From: the human T2T-CHM13v2.0 reference genome, Homo sapiens
DNA length: 64,000 nt
Strand: one strand, 5' to 3'
NCBI RefSeq assembly: GCF_009914755.1
Contig: NC_060931.1
The notes beneath the pieces are model-generated. The model made no database searches. It worked only from the letters and a program-made list of their open reading frames with translations, and was not told the DNA's origin. Below, one piece after another: positions 1 to 20,036 of the stretch. Numbering within the stretch: the stretch's first letter is position 1; every line of letters starts with the position of its first letter. The position numbers and the translations under genes are program-made.

Positions 1-76
1 GTGAGCAAGATCGTGCCACTTATACACCAGCCTGGGTGACAGAGCAAGACTCTGTCTCAAAGAAAAAAAAAAAAAA
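1..76 (+). mobile_element. Alu 3' end
   Basis: ccagcctgggtgacagagcaagactctgtctc plus A tail. Confidence 0.9.
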
Positions 77-812
77 GGAGAGAGGAAAGCTTACTGTTTC
101 AGCTAGTAATAAAGGTCCTGAGACCTGAGAATTTAGAGACAGTTAAGAGAACCACATTGATCACTCCAGGATTTAGTCATCAGATATCTAGAGGCAGAAT
201 TTTAGCACTGGCATGGAAGGTAAGAACAGGTACTTCCAGGCCTCTGTATTGCATCTGTGGTAGTTCCTTCAACTCCGTCCACTAGCTATTCACCCAACAA
301 TTTTATAAGCATCCAAACTCTCTGTATGAAGTGTCTTTCTTAGAGTGATTTCTAGTTCCTGCACTAAACCCTAATAGTAAATGTTTTACAATTTTAGTCA
401 TCTCACTGATATAGACTACTGGGACTCGGAGACTTCCTCTACCTCACATCCTAGGCCACTACAACTTCTCCCCTCTAAGTGATGGTAAATACATTTTAAG
501 TTCTTATTGATTCCTGCAGAGTAGATGCTGCATACAAGGAATAAGGAAAATACCAAGCATAAAAGGACTAAAAGAATTTCAGGTGGTTCTTGCAAAAAGC
601 CACCCCCTGAGAACTCTAGACAAAACTAAATACATTATCCCCGCTCTCATAAACAACTTACACTGTTCTATTTAAAACAGGCCTCGCTTGCCTACCATTA
701 TTTCTGTCTGTGTCTGCCACTGGTCTGTGGGTCCTTGGAGAGCCAAGAAATGTATTCTATTTATTTGGCTATCCCCACAGTCTAACCCAAAGCTTGACAA
801 TTAAGCGTGTTT

Positions 813-1113
<301 letters not shown>

Positions 1114-1981
1114 TAAACGTGTTTTCTAAATATCTGTCAATAAAGATTGAAATCAAATGATACATAATCAGAATTTTAGAGTTAAAATAACCTTAGAAGG
1201 CATCCCAGTCCTATCTAAGGCACTCAAAGAAACTAAGACACAAAAATGATCAAGTGGATATGTCTCAGGTTATACCAAATCTATGTTTCCTGGTAAACAA
1301 TCTATGTTTCATGCATATGTTCATTCATTTAAATATGTATTAAATACCTACTCAATCAAAGGCAACACTAGAAATTATGCCATAAAATCGCCCTATAAAA
1401 TTTACAGAATTTTAGTAGAGGAGGGAATCTTCAAAGTTATCTACTACAGTCTCCTCTTCCTCTTGCTTATTCCAACCCATCTGATAGATTAAAAAACAAA
1501 AAAGCAAGACTCAAAGACTTTAAGTGATATTAAAGTCAGTTAACAACAGCATAGCTGAAATTAGGACCCGTCGCCTAACATCTCATATTGTATCCTACTC
1601 ACAATAACATTTATCAACTTTCTGTAATTTCAGCAAATGCTACACTTTGTGCTAATAAAGTATGAATTGCGAATGTAACATCCCAATTTTTCTTATTCAT
1701 ATTGTTTTACTTCCAAAATTCCATTTTCTATTATCTTTATCGAACACATCCTATTTTTTGCCCACTATATTCGTTGCACATCAGTTAAGGTGGTGAACAG
1801 GAAGTATGAATGAAAGGCTTTGGTGAGGTGGTATATTAGTTTTTCCACAAACAAAAAGTGGTTTACAGAAAATTTCAAAAATTTACTTTGAAAAATAAGT
1901 CACACTGGTAAGTATGTACTTCTTCATGTAAATATGCATTTGTATTTAATAAGATTACAAAAATGCTAAATTATCACTTTA

Positions 1982-2194
<213 letters not shown>

Positions 2195-2308
2195 TTACCC
2201 TGTACTAAACCAGTTATTAAACAACAGAACAATTATAATCATAATTAACATATTTTGATCCCATACTCTGAACCACTCCACTATACTGCTTAATGCTTAC
2301 TTTTATCA

Positions 2309-2992
<684 letters not shown>

Positions 2993-4115
2993 CTATAACT
3001 ATTAATCCAAGAAAACAAGATCATTGTCAGTGAAAAGACAACAGGAAAATTGACTCTATATATATATATACACATATGTAATATTTATGGCCTCAGATAT
3101 CTCTAGATCAATACACAAATACTGTTATAGCAAAGTGAATCTGGAATTTTAGTAACAATAGGAAATATAAATTTATAGGTGTTACTGAAATTTAGGATTT
3201 ATGGGTGAAATATGTTAATGGAAAGAAAAGCTGTTTAAAATAGGCCCCTAATAGACAGAAAACAGAAGTAATACCAGATGTTAAAAAGATACCCCTCAAT
3301 ATAGAAATCCACAAATATGTGGATGAAAGAAAAATTAAGAGAATTGAAAGCTAAAAATAGATACCCAGAAGGGAGCTCATGGTAACCATGTACCAAATCT
3401 CCTAATGATACAGTAGATACAAGTAAAGCTGCCTTGAGAGAGATTATGAAACAAACAAAATAGAGTACTTTTAAGAAAACCTAAATTGTCTACATCTGCT
3501 ATAATGTATGCTCCAAGAGGGGAAGAAGGTCTTTGTTTTGTTTGCTAACTCTTCTCCAGTGTCTGAACAATACCAGACACATGGCAGGTTCCATGAATTA
3601 ACTAATCTATACATCAGCTGATGTATCATTAGTATCATTCTGGTAACAACCAACAACAAAAAGTAAAGGCTCATACTCTTGATTATTCTTAAAATGTAGT
3701 GGAATGAAAGAAGGAAACTGCTACTTTGGCTGCTTTTAAGTCTGAGAACCACATTTCCTTCTGATTTGCCAAGTGCTTCTCAGAATTAAGAGTCCTGTCA
3801 GCCAGACAAATGAAAAAAGCCATTCCAAGCAAAGGGAAGGTTTAGCAGTGGCAAATGCCATGGCATATTTTGAGAAACAAGGGGAATACTGATTTCAGTG
3901 TGTCTAAATCATAGCACATGTATATTGGACAGAAATGGTAAAGAATGACAGATGTGGTTCCAAAGGTTGGAGCGCAGTTTGAAAAGAGGTTTGTAAGACA
4001 TTTGAAATGTTTAACCATATCTCATTTAACCCAAGAAATTGCACTATCAGCTTTATGTTACAGAACAATAATCCTGGCAGCTGTATAGAGGATGATGGAA
4101 AAAGGATTAGTCACA

Positions 4116-4315
4116 CAGCAATGTGCTGAAGTTGCCTCTTATTGGCTCTTGAGCACAGACTGTTACATTTTCAGGAATTCTGTGAGCCAGTTGACCTTTC
4201 ACACAGATATCTTAAAATCTACGATGGTGAGAGTATTTACACCATGGTAATCAGCAAACACTACAAAAATCAGGGCTTTTTCTATTTTCCCACAAAGCCA
4301 ATTAACCAATACACC
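4116..4315 (+). mobile_element. MER63-like hAT DNA transposon remnant within L2 debris
   Basis: ttttcaggaattctgtgagccagttg ... atggtgagagtatttacaccatgg ... aaatcagggcttttt resembles the MER63 consensus as I recall it. Confidence 0.55.
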
Positions 4316-5738
4316 CAAGAAATAGAACCACAGAGGCCAGTAAAGTACTATGTTAACAGCCTAAGACATAATGAAGGCCCGACTAAGACCTGAATAAGTG
4401 GCACTAAGAATGTCAAAGTGACAAATTTGACAAATATTCACACTGCACAGGATGTAGGACTTAGTGACAAGCTGAAAATGGGTGATTAGGTAGAACAAAC
4501 AAGGATTCCCAAATTTCTGGATTAAGCAACTGATACAGGAAATTTAGTTTTACACTAACTTAGACCACTAGACACTGAATATACCAAGATGAACATAAAC
4601 TTCTGCCTCCAAGGAATTCATAATTTACAAGGGGAACAAGCACACATTTACCTAACAACATAGTAAACACAGATAACAGAAACTACCAGAGGAAAAGATT
4701 AGGAGAGAAGAACAGAAAAAGTGAATTCATTTCATTTTTTCATATGTAAACCTTGTACTATTTGTTCATATGTAGGTTTTCATGTGTATTATAGAACTAG
4801 CACTGCTTGTTTACTATCAAAATAGAAATGTCCATACAGGTTATGGAATGGCATATCATAAAAAAATTAAGATAGAAATGTCCAGTAGGCAGTTAAAAAT
4901 ATAGTTTTATAATTCAGAAGACAGGTAAGGAGCATACTGAAACCACAGACAAGACCAGATGATTTAGGAAAAAAAAGTTTTAGAATGCACAAAAAGGCAG
5001 GAAAATGAGGAAGATAGGAAAGTGGGGGGTGGACAGAGAAAATGAAAGCAATCAAAGAGACTAAAGAGTGCTCAGGGAGAAAGAGAAACAAAAAAGAATG
5101 GCAAAAGCCAAAAGAAGGGATAAAGAAAGTAAGTATTAGTATTGTCATAGAGCTTACAAAGATCAAACACAACGGGATGTGGCATTTGAGGGCTGACAGC
5201 CTTTAAAGAGATGAATTATATAATGCTTCTCTTTTATAGTTTCCTCATTCCCATAGAGGGCATATCAGAAACACCTCACCAATTTTCATACTATGCATCT
5301 GTGCTCACCAAGCCTATCAATCCGATACTCTGTCATTGGCCAAATCCCCGATATAGTGAATCAAAGTTTCTGCTGGAAATGCTTAATTCCTCAGGAATGT
5401 TGGGGGTGGAGGGGCAACAGAGACCGCTTAATTCAGAACAAACTGAACTGACAAGTATCTACAGGAACCTGGAAAAGAGCACCTAGAGAATTAAGAATTT
5501 TTAAAAAGCACGGCACCCATAAACCGCATGAGGAAAGTATTTCAAGAAAGGAATCAAATGTTATTACAAGTTAAAGGACCAAAAAAGTGTCCATTTGTCG
5601 TATGTGCAAGAAAGTCATTGAAAACCTTGCAAAGTTACTTCAATGGCATAGATTGAGGGTGACTGAGTCCCCAGGAAACAGGAAGAAAAAATCCAGAGCA
5701 AAGTAGGAGGCACTATCCTTAGAACGGAGCAGAGACTC

Positions 5739-6047
5739 GGCCGGGCGTGGTGGCTCACGCCTGTAATCCCAGCACTCTGGGAGGCCAAGGCAGGCAGATC
5801 ACGAGGTCAGGAGATCGAGACCATCCTGGCTAACACGGTGAAACCCCGTCTCTACTAAAAATACAAAAAATTAGCTAGGCATAGTGATGGGCGCTTGTAG
5901 TCCCAGCTTCTCAGGAGGCTGAGCCAGGAGAATGGCGTGAACCCCGGAGGCAGAGCTTGCAGTGAGCCGAGACTGCGCCACTGCACTCCAGCCTGGGCAA
6001 CAGCGCGAGACTCCGTCTCAAAAAAAAAAAAGAAAGAAAGAAAGAAA
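5739..6047 (+). mobile_element. AluY element
   Basis: AluY diagnostics, A/GAAA tail, TSD GGAGCAGAG(A/G)CTC. Confidence 0.93.
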
Positions 6048-7587
6048 GGAGCAGAGGCTCCACTTCCGTTGCAATTGAAAAGGCAAGGGAAAAAAGGTGC
6101 AACAGATGGTTATACGTTGAGGTTAAATTCATAGGTTTGATGGGCAAGAAATGGAGAAAGTTCACATCTGATGGATCCTCTTTTTCTCCCCAGGGAAGCT
6201 TAAAGTCATTTGTTGAGCTTGAAGCGAAAGGTTTGAAAAGGGTAAAGAAGATTTAAACAATCACTGTGGAGAATGGCAGAGAACCAAGGAGGAAAATACA
6301 GAAGGCAGAACTGAAGAGTATTTACCGTCCAAGAACTGATTACAATTCCTGAAATACATCCTACTGAAACATATATCCAATGTTCCACTGTTCACCTGGG
6401 GAAGTCCTGTCTACAGTTTAAAACGTCTCCACCTAGAAAGCCTTTTCTGACATTTCCTAACCAGTTTCCAACCCCCAGTTATCATTCTCCTCTGTATTAA
6501 TGCTCTACTTTATATGCAATCCTACTGCTATCTTACATCACTATATTACAGCACCTACCTTTATAGTCTACAAGATTATTTCCTCTACTAGATGGTGAAC
6601 TACTTGAGGGCAAAAATTGCACGTGTATCAGGAGCAACTGCAAATATATCAGGGTCTCTGCCTTGTATCTAAAGTTTAAATTCAGTTTAGCCAAGTTTTA
6701 GACAGAGACCCGGTCCTAGAGTTTCCAACATGAAATAGTTCAGAAAACATCATTGCTTTTGACAAAAGTACATAAATTATCATGAAAAGGCACGTAATTC
6801 AGGATGACAATAAAATATTTAACAGTCAGAGAAAATAAACAATAATTTGGAACTTTATTTCATTTATTACCCACTTCGGTCTTCAAATGTGTGCATGTGC
6901 TTCTAACTGCGATGATGAATTTAAAAAACATTCTGCACCTACTGTATGCAAGATACTGCTATTCACACTGTGGGATATTAAAAAAAGTTTGCAATACAGA
7001 AGAGATTAAAACAAGTATACAAATGATTTTAGTACAAGGTAGAATGCGATGGCCACTAGAGAAAAAATTAAGAACAGGTGAGAAGGGCTTTATTTTTATG
7101 CTTATAAATGTGAACTTTATTCTGAAGGATAAGAGATTCGGGACATGGTAACTGGATTGACACAACTGAATATGCTTTTCAAGTATATTATATCTAACTT
7201 TTCTTATTTTGGGCAACTTCTCTCCAAACTGACTAGCAATAAAATCTGACTGCTAGATTCTGTACAAATGGTTAATCCCAACCTGAACAAATGTCTCAAA
7301 CCCTCCCCCACGTGTCACTGTAGATAACTGCCTCATAAAGGAGGAAAAAAAAAACCAGCCTGTAAGAGGGGTCACCTGTACAGTCCATTTGTTAAAGGAG
7401 TAAGCGTTTCCAGCTCTACTTTAAAACAAGGCCCTATTTCATTATGCGTCTGCCGTCTGTTCTAGAGCTTACACTTTTGAAGAGCTCGAACGCTACACCC
7501 CTTCGTCAAGAACTGCGGCAGCAGCCGGTGGCTGCCAACGCGGTCCACAGGGTTTGGGCTCCCGAAACTTCAGGGAAGCTGGAGGCA

Positions 7588-7604
7588 GGGGGGGGGGGGG
7601 GGGG
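7588..7604 (+). repeat. G17 homopolymer
   Basis: 17 consecutive G. Confidence 0.95.
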
Positions 7605-7735
7605 TCGAGTTGAAATGAGGAACACACAGAAACCAAGTGTCCCCAAGACTCCAGAAAAGAGGGAGCCAGTCCCAGAGTAAATAGGTTGGCTAGAACAGTA
7701 CCCAAGCCAGGGGGCCGGGCGGAGGGGAGTGGTCA

Positions 7736-8255
<520 letters not shown>

Positions 8256-8633
8256 GTGGGCACCGGAACGTGGCCGCAGCGCTTATCTGTGAAGCAAGTA
8301 TTAAACCTCAGAACAGGGGCCGCGCGGCGTAAGGCAGGAGAGCAGAGCGGAGGTTTCAGGGAGCTTCGTTTGCCCTCCACACTCACAAGAGTCACGCGTT
8401 AGTTGCTACACAGCTTTATCTGTTCCACGCCTTGATTGGCACTCCTGGGGTAATAAAAGCCCGCAGGAAATGCTTGGGAAGAAAAGTTGCTGGGGATGAA
8501 CAGTGAAGAGAATTAGGGAGAGTCGATGAAGAAGGAAGTCTGAACCATAAAAGGACCAATAAAACTCACTGTCTCTACCCTCCTTCCTTCCCATGAGACC
8601 TTTGACCTTTTGCCTTTTCTACTTCTTCCTCAG

Positions 8634-8722
8634 TTTCAGTCACGTGCCAGACTTTTTCTTAATTACAAACTGATAGATGGTCCACATCTCAACTAACAGT
8701 ATTGACGCTGTAAGAGCATCAG
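8634..8722 (+). other. DUS4L: DUS4L 5'UTR exon 2 (89 nt)
   Basis: Long polypyrimidine tract ccttttgccttttctacttcttcctcag| and donor CAG|gttggt. Consistent with my recollection of an 8-exon DUS4L structure. Confidence 0.65.
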
Positions 8723-9392
8723 GTTGGTTCCCATTGTATCTTCTTTACTAATACGTTCGCGTTTTTGACCTAGATTTCTTTCTTCTAAGATAAATACTGA
8801 TAAATTAACAGGGTCAGGCAACCACAAGTATGCAAGACAGTCTTAAGCTTCTTCGCAAAAAGAAGCTGGAAGATGACTTTTTCATTTTGTACAGTAGGTA
8901 TGTATCCAGGAAACCAATTTTATCCAGTTCCAGAGCTACGTGGTTTTCTACATTCTGTTTCAAAAAGGTGCTATTACTTATCCTGTGCTTATCGCTGTTC
9001 TAAGTATTTTATAACTCAATGCATTTCATACTCATAACACCTCAGGTAAGCAAGTCTTATGCTACACTGCATTATGCTCTCTTTGTCTCAGAGGATTTTC
9101 CCTAGTATGTAAGATCTTAGTCATGATGGGAATAGGGGTGATTCATTCATTACTTGTGAATTAGGAATTGTTTTTCCTTCCTTGGCTTTATTCCCCCCAG
9201 TGGAAGATTTTAGAAGAGTGAGTAATATTCATTCATACAGCGAAAGTTTTGACCCCTCTACTCTGCATGCTCTCATGAGTTTACAAACATAAGACTCAAT
9301 CCATATTCTAAAAGGAGTTAATAGGTAAGGTAGGAACCCATTTAAACAAACAATTGTACCAGGTGCTTTGGAATCTTTGGATTTACTTATTC

Positions 9393-9866
<474 letters not shown>

Positions 9867-11116
9867 GAAACCTACTGATTTATTCTTTCAGCAAATAAAT
9901 ATTGAGGCCTTCTGTATGCCATTTACTATGACTGCAGGAGTGGATAAAAATGAAGTAATTCTTGCTAAAATCACTAATGACCTTGTTGCCATTGCGCTTT
10001 ATTTTTGCCTTACTTTGATGTTTAAGATACCTATCCCCTCCTTCCTTCATAATGGTCTCTCTCGTTTTCTGAGTATCACTCTTTAGGTTTATTCCTCCCA
10101 GCTCCAAAGTTCATCTTCAGTCTCTTTTGCTCTCCCCTTTTCCTCTGTTACTTAAATATTGGTGCTTCCAGCGGTTTCTTGCAAGATCCTGACATCCTTA
10201 AGTACCTTGGCTATTTTTAATTTCAACTCCTTGCCTAAAGGTTAAAGACTCTAAAGTTTGAGCAATTAGACCATTCTAAAGTTGGCCCATATCTGATTCT
10301 TTTTTTTGTTGTTGTTATTTTCTGCTTCATTTTTCCTTCATACATACCTGTTTCTAAGTTACTGAGGCCAAGGACTGGAATATGAAAAGTAGCCAACACT
10401 GTGAAATAGTAGGATTTTAAGTATAGCAAATGTAAAACATTTACAAACTCCATAATTTCATCACTCGTACCTGTACCTCTTGGGGTATAAAAGTGATTTA
10501 CAATGCAATTGTAGAATTATAATTGAAATTTTCACTAGATAATATCACATTAAAATTTTTAAAAATAATTAACGTTTGTTTATCTTCTGATTCACAGACA
10601 GAACAGGATTCAAGAATTACAATAAAAGCACCAGCATATCTTTTGAAACACTGACTACTTAAGAGTTGCTCTATTAATGCCATTTAACTTTCCTGAATAA
10701 AACAAGATATTTCCAAATGCCAGTCGAGTATCATATATAAAATAATTCAAACCAAATTTCTTGGCTTACCAATCCCAACAAAGTAACATGTAAAAAATTT
10801 TTAAATAACATGAAAACTTACAACATGGTAAACTAGGGAAAAAAAAAAAATCTCGTTTTCTGCATCTTGTGTTTCCACAACTATCTTGGGTAGTTTTCCA
10901 CATCTATTTATCTTACAAATAGAGGCAGCATTCTATAGTATCATATTGGATACTGTGAAAATAAGCTATTAATAAAAAAATTTCTGAGCCCACAAGCCTG
11001 ATAAAAAATATATGTTGTTGGCAGTTGAAATTGTTAGAATGGAATTAATATAGTGAAAACATATTTTCTCTATACAAGCTTATTGTCTTTTTCAGATTTG
11101 AAACATATCTGTATTA

Positions 11117-11232
11117 ATGAAGAGTGACTGCATGCAAACGACAATATGTCAGGAAAGAAAAAAAGATCCCATAGAAATGTTTCATTCTGGACAGCTGGTA
11201 AAAGTCTGTGCCCCAATGGTTCGATATTCAAA
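11117..11232 (+). CDS. DUS4L: DUS4L (tRNA-dihydrouridine synthase 4-like) first coding exon (exon starts at 11096)
   Basis: Acceptor gtctttttcag| at 11095, ATG 11117, MKSDCMQTTICQERKKDPIEMFHSGQLVKVCAPMVRYS(K) including the Dus APMV motif. Donor AA|gtaagt. Confidence 0.95.
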
Positions 11233-11589
11233 GTAAGTGTTGCAAAATGATTAATGAACTAAGATGAAATTTCCCTTTTATGCTCTGACTTTTTAAAAGT
11301 ACTGTAAGACCACCCACCATATGGGAACTTCAAACTCTTAGCTTTGGAATCATGACTTAGAATTGAGTCATGATGCTACTACTTGCCTAGTATATATGTG
11401 ATCCTGAGTAAACAATTAACTTCTCTGAGCTGCACTTTTTATATCTATAAAAATGGTGGTGGTTGTAACTCCTACCTATAAGTATATAATGGATATTAAA
11501 TAGATATAAGTATTGATGTATAGATTTTTATGTGAACTTAAGTCTTGGGACAAATAGGAGTGCAATTATGGGTCCTAAGGTAGTTGTGT

Positions 11590-15110
<3,521 letters not shown>

Positions 15111-15188
15111 CTGATAAATATTTAACAATGCACTAAAATATGTTTGTGGTGTTTCTAAATGCATAATTAAGGTTTTATATGCTCACAG

Positions 15189-15310
15189 GTTGGCTTTTAG
15201 GACACTAGTAAGAAAATATAGTTGTGATCTGTGTTACACACCAATGATTGTTGCCGCTGATTTTGTCAAATCTATAAAAGCCAGAGACAGCGAATTTACC
15301 ACAAATCAAG
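15189..15310 (+). CDS. DUS4L: DUS4L coding exon (exon 4)
   Basis: cacag|G ... CAAG|gtatgt; 122 nt; LAFRTLVRKYSCDLCYTPMIVAADFVKSIKARDSEFTTNQ (YTPM motif). Confidence 0.95.
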
Positions 15311-15637
15311 GTATGTGAAACCGAGTGTACTGACTTTGTAAAACTTTTTAAATTTGTTTACAAACTCAACTATCTTATCAGAAACAACACAATTTAGAGA
15401 TTTTATGTGAAGAAGCTTTAGTTCTTTAGTGTTTTTAATAAGTATTTTTTACATGTTATTACTGAATGCCTTGCAAACTATCAGTGTATATACCAAAGTG
15501 TAAGGTCACTTTGAAACCCTCTCCTCTCACTAGGGCTACTAGAGTAGATTCCTGTCACACTGCCTCTAGTCTTGTACCATTCCAAACTATCCTCCAAGGA
15601 GACCAAAGTGACCTATTGAACATGTAAATTTTTCTCT

Positions 15638-15811
15638 CATTGTTCTCAAAGTGTGATCCCCAGACCAGCAGCATCAGTATTATCTGGAAACTTGTTAGAA
15701 ATGGAGATTTACAGGTGTACTAAATCAGAAATTCCACATATGTGGTCCAGCAATCTGTGTTTTAAAAGCTCTCCAGGTAATTCTGAGCTTGTTAAAGGTT
15801 GAGAACTACTG
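15638..15811. mobile_element. MER5A-like MITE
   Basis: ttctcaaagtgtgatccccagaccagcagcatcag ... ggttgagaactactg. Confidence 0.75.
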
Positions 15812-16611
15812 GCTTAAAGACTAAAATTTCAGCACCTAAAGATAATACACAGTTTTTCATAATCTGACCTCTGAATACATCTTCTGCAGCCTTATCTTCC
15901 TTCAGTTTCTCCCCACACCCCACTGACTTTATCCTTCAAAATTCCTAAGTTATTTTAAGTCCTTGAACATACACTGTCTTCTCACACCAGACCCCCTCTC
16001 TCTCTTGCAAACTGTAGTTTATGTTTCGTCATTCAGCTCTCAATATTTGTAGCCATGAATCTTTTTTTTTTTTTTTGATCATCCTCTACTCATGTCCTCC
16101 CTGCTAAGCACAGGCTCTTATGTTGCACTTAATCACTTAATTCTACTGCATTATGATTTCCTCTTTATATGCCTGTTTCTCCCATTAGGTTCGGCCTCCT
16201 TGAGGGCTGTAGCTTTAGAAATAGCTTGATTTGTATCCTCAGCATCTAGTACAGTGTTGGAAATATATTAGACCAATAAATGGTTGTTAAATTGAAATTC
16301 TGTAACTCTCTTGAGTTACAAAAGGGAAAGCACCTTACATCTCCATAAAGAATAAAGCAAATTCTCCTAAACCATCATAATCCTGTAAATCAGTAGATTG
16401 CCATAGGAATCTTGAATCAGTGCAACTAGGATGATGCCCACAAATCTGCATTTTCATAAACACCCAGTGAATCTCATACAAGTATTCCTCAAAAGAAATG
16501 TTGAAATACATCTAAACAGAGTTTATAACACTGACCCAAGGATACGAAAAATATGTTCTTTAAAACCTAGGAAGCTTTAATACATTCGGCTGTATTAAAA
16601 TTAAAACTTTG

Positions 16612-16909
<298 letters not shown>

Positions 16910-17747
16910 TTATATGTAAGAGCACAAATATACTCAAAGACAAAAAACTGAGGAGAATATTTATAACACATGATAGATAGCAATACTAATTTCTTTGTTT
17001 TATTAAAAAAATTACAAATAAAAAGAACAACTAATGGAAAAATTATATACAGAAAAATGCAAAGAATATGAAGAGAGCTCACAAATTAGAATATTCAAAT
17101 GTTGGATATACACTGTATGATAAGTTGTGAGGAAACAAGAACTTTTATCCATATTGGTATATGTCTATATTGGTAAACTCTTGAAAGATAATTCTGTAAT
17201 ATCTATCACAGTGTTGTATGTTAAATGCCTATTAACAATTCTCCTAAGAATTTACCCTATGAATATACTCAGAGCATGTGAAACAGTCTAAAAATACACT
17301 ATATGGTCCATCCGTACAGCGGAATATCCCACTATAAAGAAGAAAATAGGTCTGAGTACATCTCCCAGATACATGAGGAAAGAAAGGAACACTAGGCACA
17401 GTGGTATATATAGATTGTTCACACTTGTTTAAATTTTACAGGTATACAAAAAAATTGTTCTGGAATGCAGTAAACTAATTCTCACCTTTGAGAAGAGGGT
17501 CTATTTTGTCAAAAGTATTAGAATTGTTTTCATTTATCAAATTTTGTACTGTTTGAATTTTTTACCGTGTAAATTGCTTTTAATTTTAAATATTTTAAAT
17601 TGTTTAATGTTATATTATTTGGACAGATGCTTCTTAGGCTAAAAAATCGTTATTGCTATTTTATCCTGTACAAACATTAAAGTTTGGTGTGTGTGTGCAT
17701 GGGGTTTTTTCCTGTGAATTTTAATGTTGAGCTATTCATTTTGTCAG

Positions 17748-17865
17748 GTGATTGCCCATTGATTGTTCAGTTTGCTGCTAACGATGCAAGACTTTTATCT
17801 GATGCTGCTCGTATAGTCTGTCCTTATGCGAATGGAATAGACATTAACTGTGGTTGCCCTCAGAG
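17748..17865 (+). CDS. DUS4L: DUS4L coding exon (exon 5) with catalytic NCGCP motif
   Basis: ttttgtcag|GT ... AG|gtaaag; 118 nt; DCPLIVQFAANDARLLSDAARIVCPYANGIDINCGCPQR. Confidence 0.96.
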
Positions 17866-18390
17866 GTAAAGCTCAAAGAAGTTGGAAGAATTTTCCAAAA
17901 GAGTAGAAAAAAAACTGTGTGAACATGGTAAAATATCTTTCTAGTTTTCCAAAAATTAAAAAGAAAATAGAGTTACAGTCCCAGGGCTCAAAACAAGAAG
18001 GAAGAAAATATAGGGAAATGTAATTTAGAAACATAAATTCAAAGGTCTTTTCTGATGACTGAAATGATGTATAGACCTTTGACAGGTGTTTTGTCTCCCC
18101 TCACCAATAGAATTTTTATGTGGCTGTGCCTTGAATCTCATCCCTAAGTAGTTATATGAGAATCTAATGTTTACGGCAATCCCTAAAATGTATTTTTACT
18201 GTCATGTCAGATATACTTGCTCTGAAAACAGATTGTTTGACTTAGGAAATCACCACATATTTCCTCCTAATTAATTCCCCTTATAAAAATACCTTATTAT
18301 AATCACTTTTTCTTTCTATACCACAGTTACTTGTTTGGGTTTAAATAACTGGGTGTTGATAGGGTGTACTTAATTTGACAATAATATTTC

Positions 18391-18681
18391 TTTTTTTTTT
18401 TTTTTTTTTGAGACAAGAGTTTCCCGGGTTGGAGTGCAGTGGTGTGGTCTCGGCTCACCACAACTACCGCCTCCCAGGTTCAAGCGATTCTCCTGCCTCA
18501 GCCTCCTGAGTAGCTGGGATTACAGCCATGCACCACCACGCCAGGCTAATTTTGTATTTTTAGTAGAGACGGGGTTTCTCTATGTTGGTCAGGCTGGTTG
18601 CAAACTCCCAACCTCAGGTGATCCGCCCGCCTTGGCCTCCCAAAGTGCTGGGATTACAGGCCTGAGCCACCGCGCCCAGCC
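18391..18681 (-). mobile_element. AluS element
   Basis: TSD TGACAATAATA; small deletion near the tail. Confidence 0.92.
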
Positions 18682-19231
18682 TGACAATAATAGTTCTACT
18701 TTACTGGCACTGTAGTAGATTATCAGTAATTCAAAATGTGTCCAAAGAATAAAAGCAAAGTTGTTAAGTATAGCGTAATCGAAATCAGATTAGACATATT
18801 TGTATACTCATTAGGAGGGTTAAATTAGCTGTTTAGTGGTATTGGAATGCTGTAAGCCAAAAATATCTTTCTACTATTGAGACTAATAAAACCTCTTGTT
18901 ATGCACAATAAACATCAAATTTGGAATTTTTAAAATCTGAAGTCATTGCAATTACTTCAAATATTTAAACCTGTTTTGGTTGAATGACTTTTAACTTAAT
19001 ATTCTCACTTGCCAATGAAAACCATTTCTCCTGAGTACTTTTTGATCTGGGAACATGTTTTCCTAATCTCATATTGATCCACTTAGAAATGTTGAATCTA
19101 TGAATTTTTTATATCTGCTTCTCTTCCAGATCACTAGAGAAATGGATGCACTTACATTTCAGTGCTTTCAGAATTTTGTCTTCTCTTCCAGTTATTTATA
19201 ATTCACTTGTTCATGTGTTTGCTTTACAAAG

Positions 19232-19354
19232 GTGGGCAATGGCAGAAGGTTATGGGGCTTGCTTAATAAACAAGCCAGAGCTTGTTCAAGACATGGTGAA
19301 ACAAGTAAGAAATCAAGTGGAAACCCCTGGATTTTCAGTTTCTATTAAAATAAG
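19232..19354 (+). CDS. DUS4L: DUS4L coding exon (exon 6)
   Basis: tttacaaag|G ... AG|gtaaag; 123 nt; WAMAEGYGACLINKPELVQDMVKQVRNQVETPGFSVSIKIR. Confidence 0.95.
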
Positions 19355-19727
19355 GTAAAGACAATATTTCAATCTATTGATAGGATAATCCATTACTTAG
19401 GAAATGAAAGATTATTGCTTTTGTCTGATGCTGTTGGGAGTATCTATCCTAAATAAATTGGTAGCTGGTGTATGGAAATGTTGAAAATAAGACATTTAGT
19501 AAAAGAATATATACCATAATTTTCATTTATAGTCCTGAAAAACTTCCTCTTTGTACTTTTAACAAAAGTTAAAGCCTCCCTTTAAGTTTCACCAAACTTT
19601 CAACTTTAGCTATGTAGTATTTAATGTTAAGAAACATTACTGGTGCCAAGTGTAGAAAATAGGAAAAATATTTGCACTAAAATTTCACAATGAAAAGAAA
19701 ATAAACCAGGAATCAGTTTTTCCGTGA

Positions 19728-20036
<309 letters not shown>

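Noticed and set aside
8770-9050. Strong-looking donors TAG|gtatgt (~8897) and CAG|gtaagc (9045) as extra DUS4L UTR exons
   Set aside because: Cannot pair them confidently with an acceptor from sequence alone.
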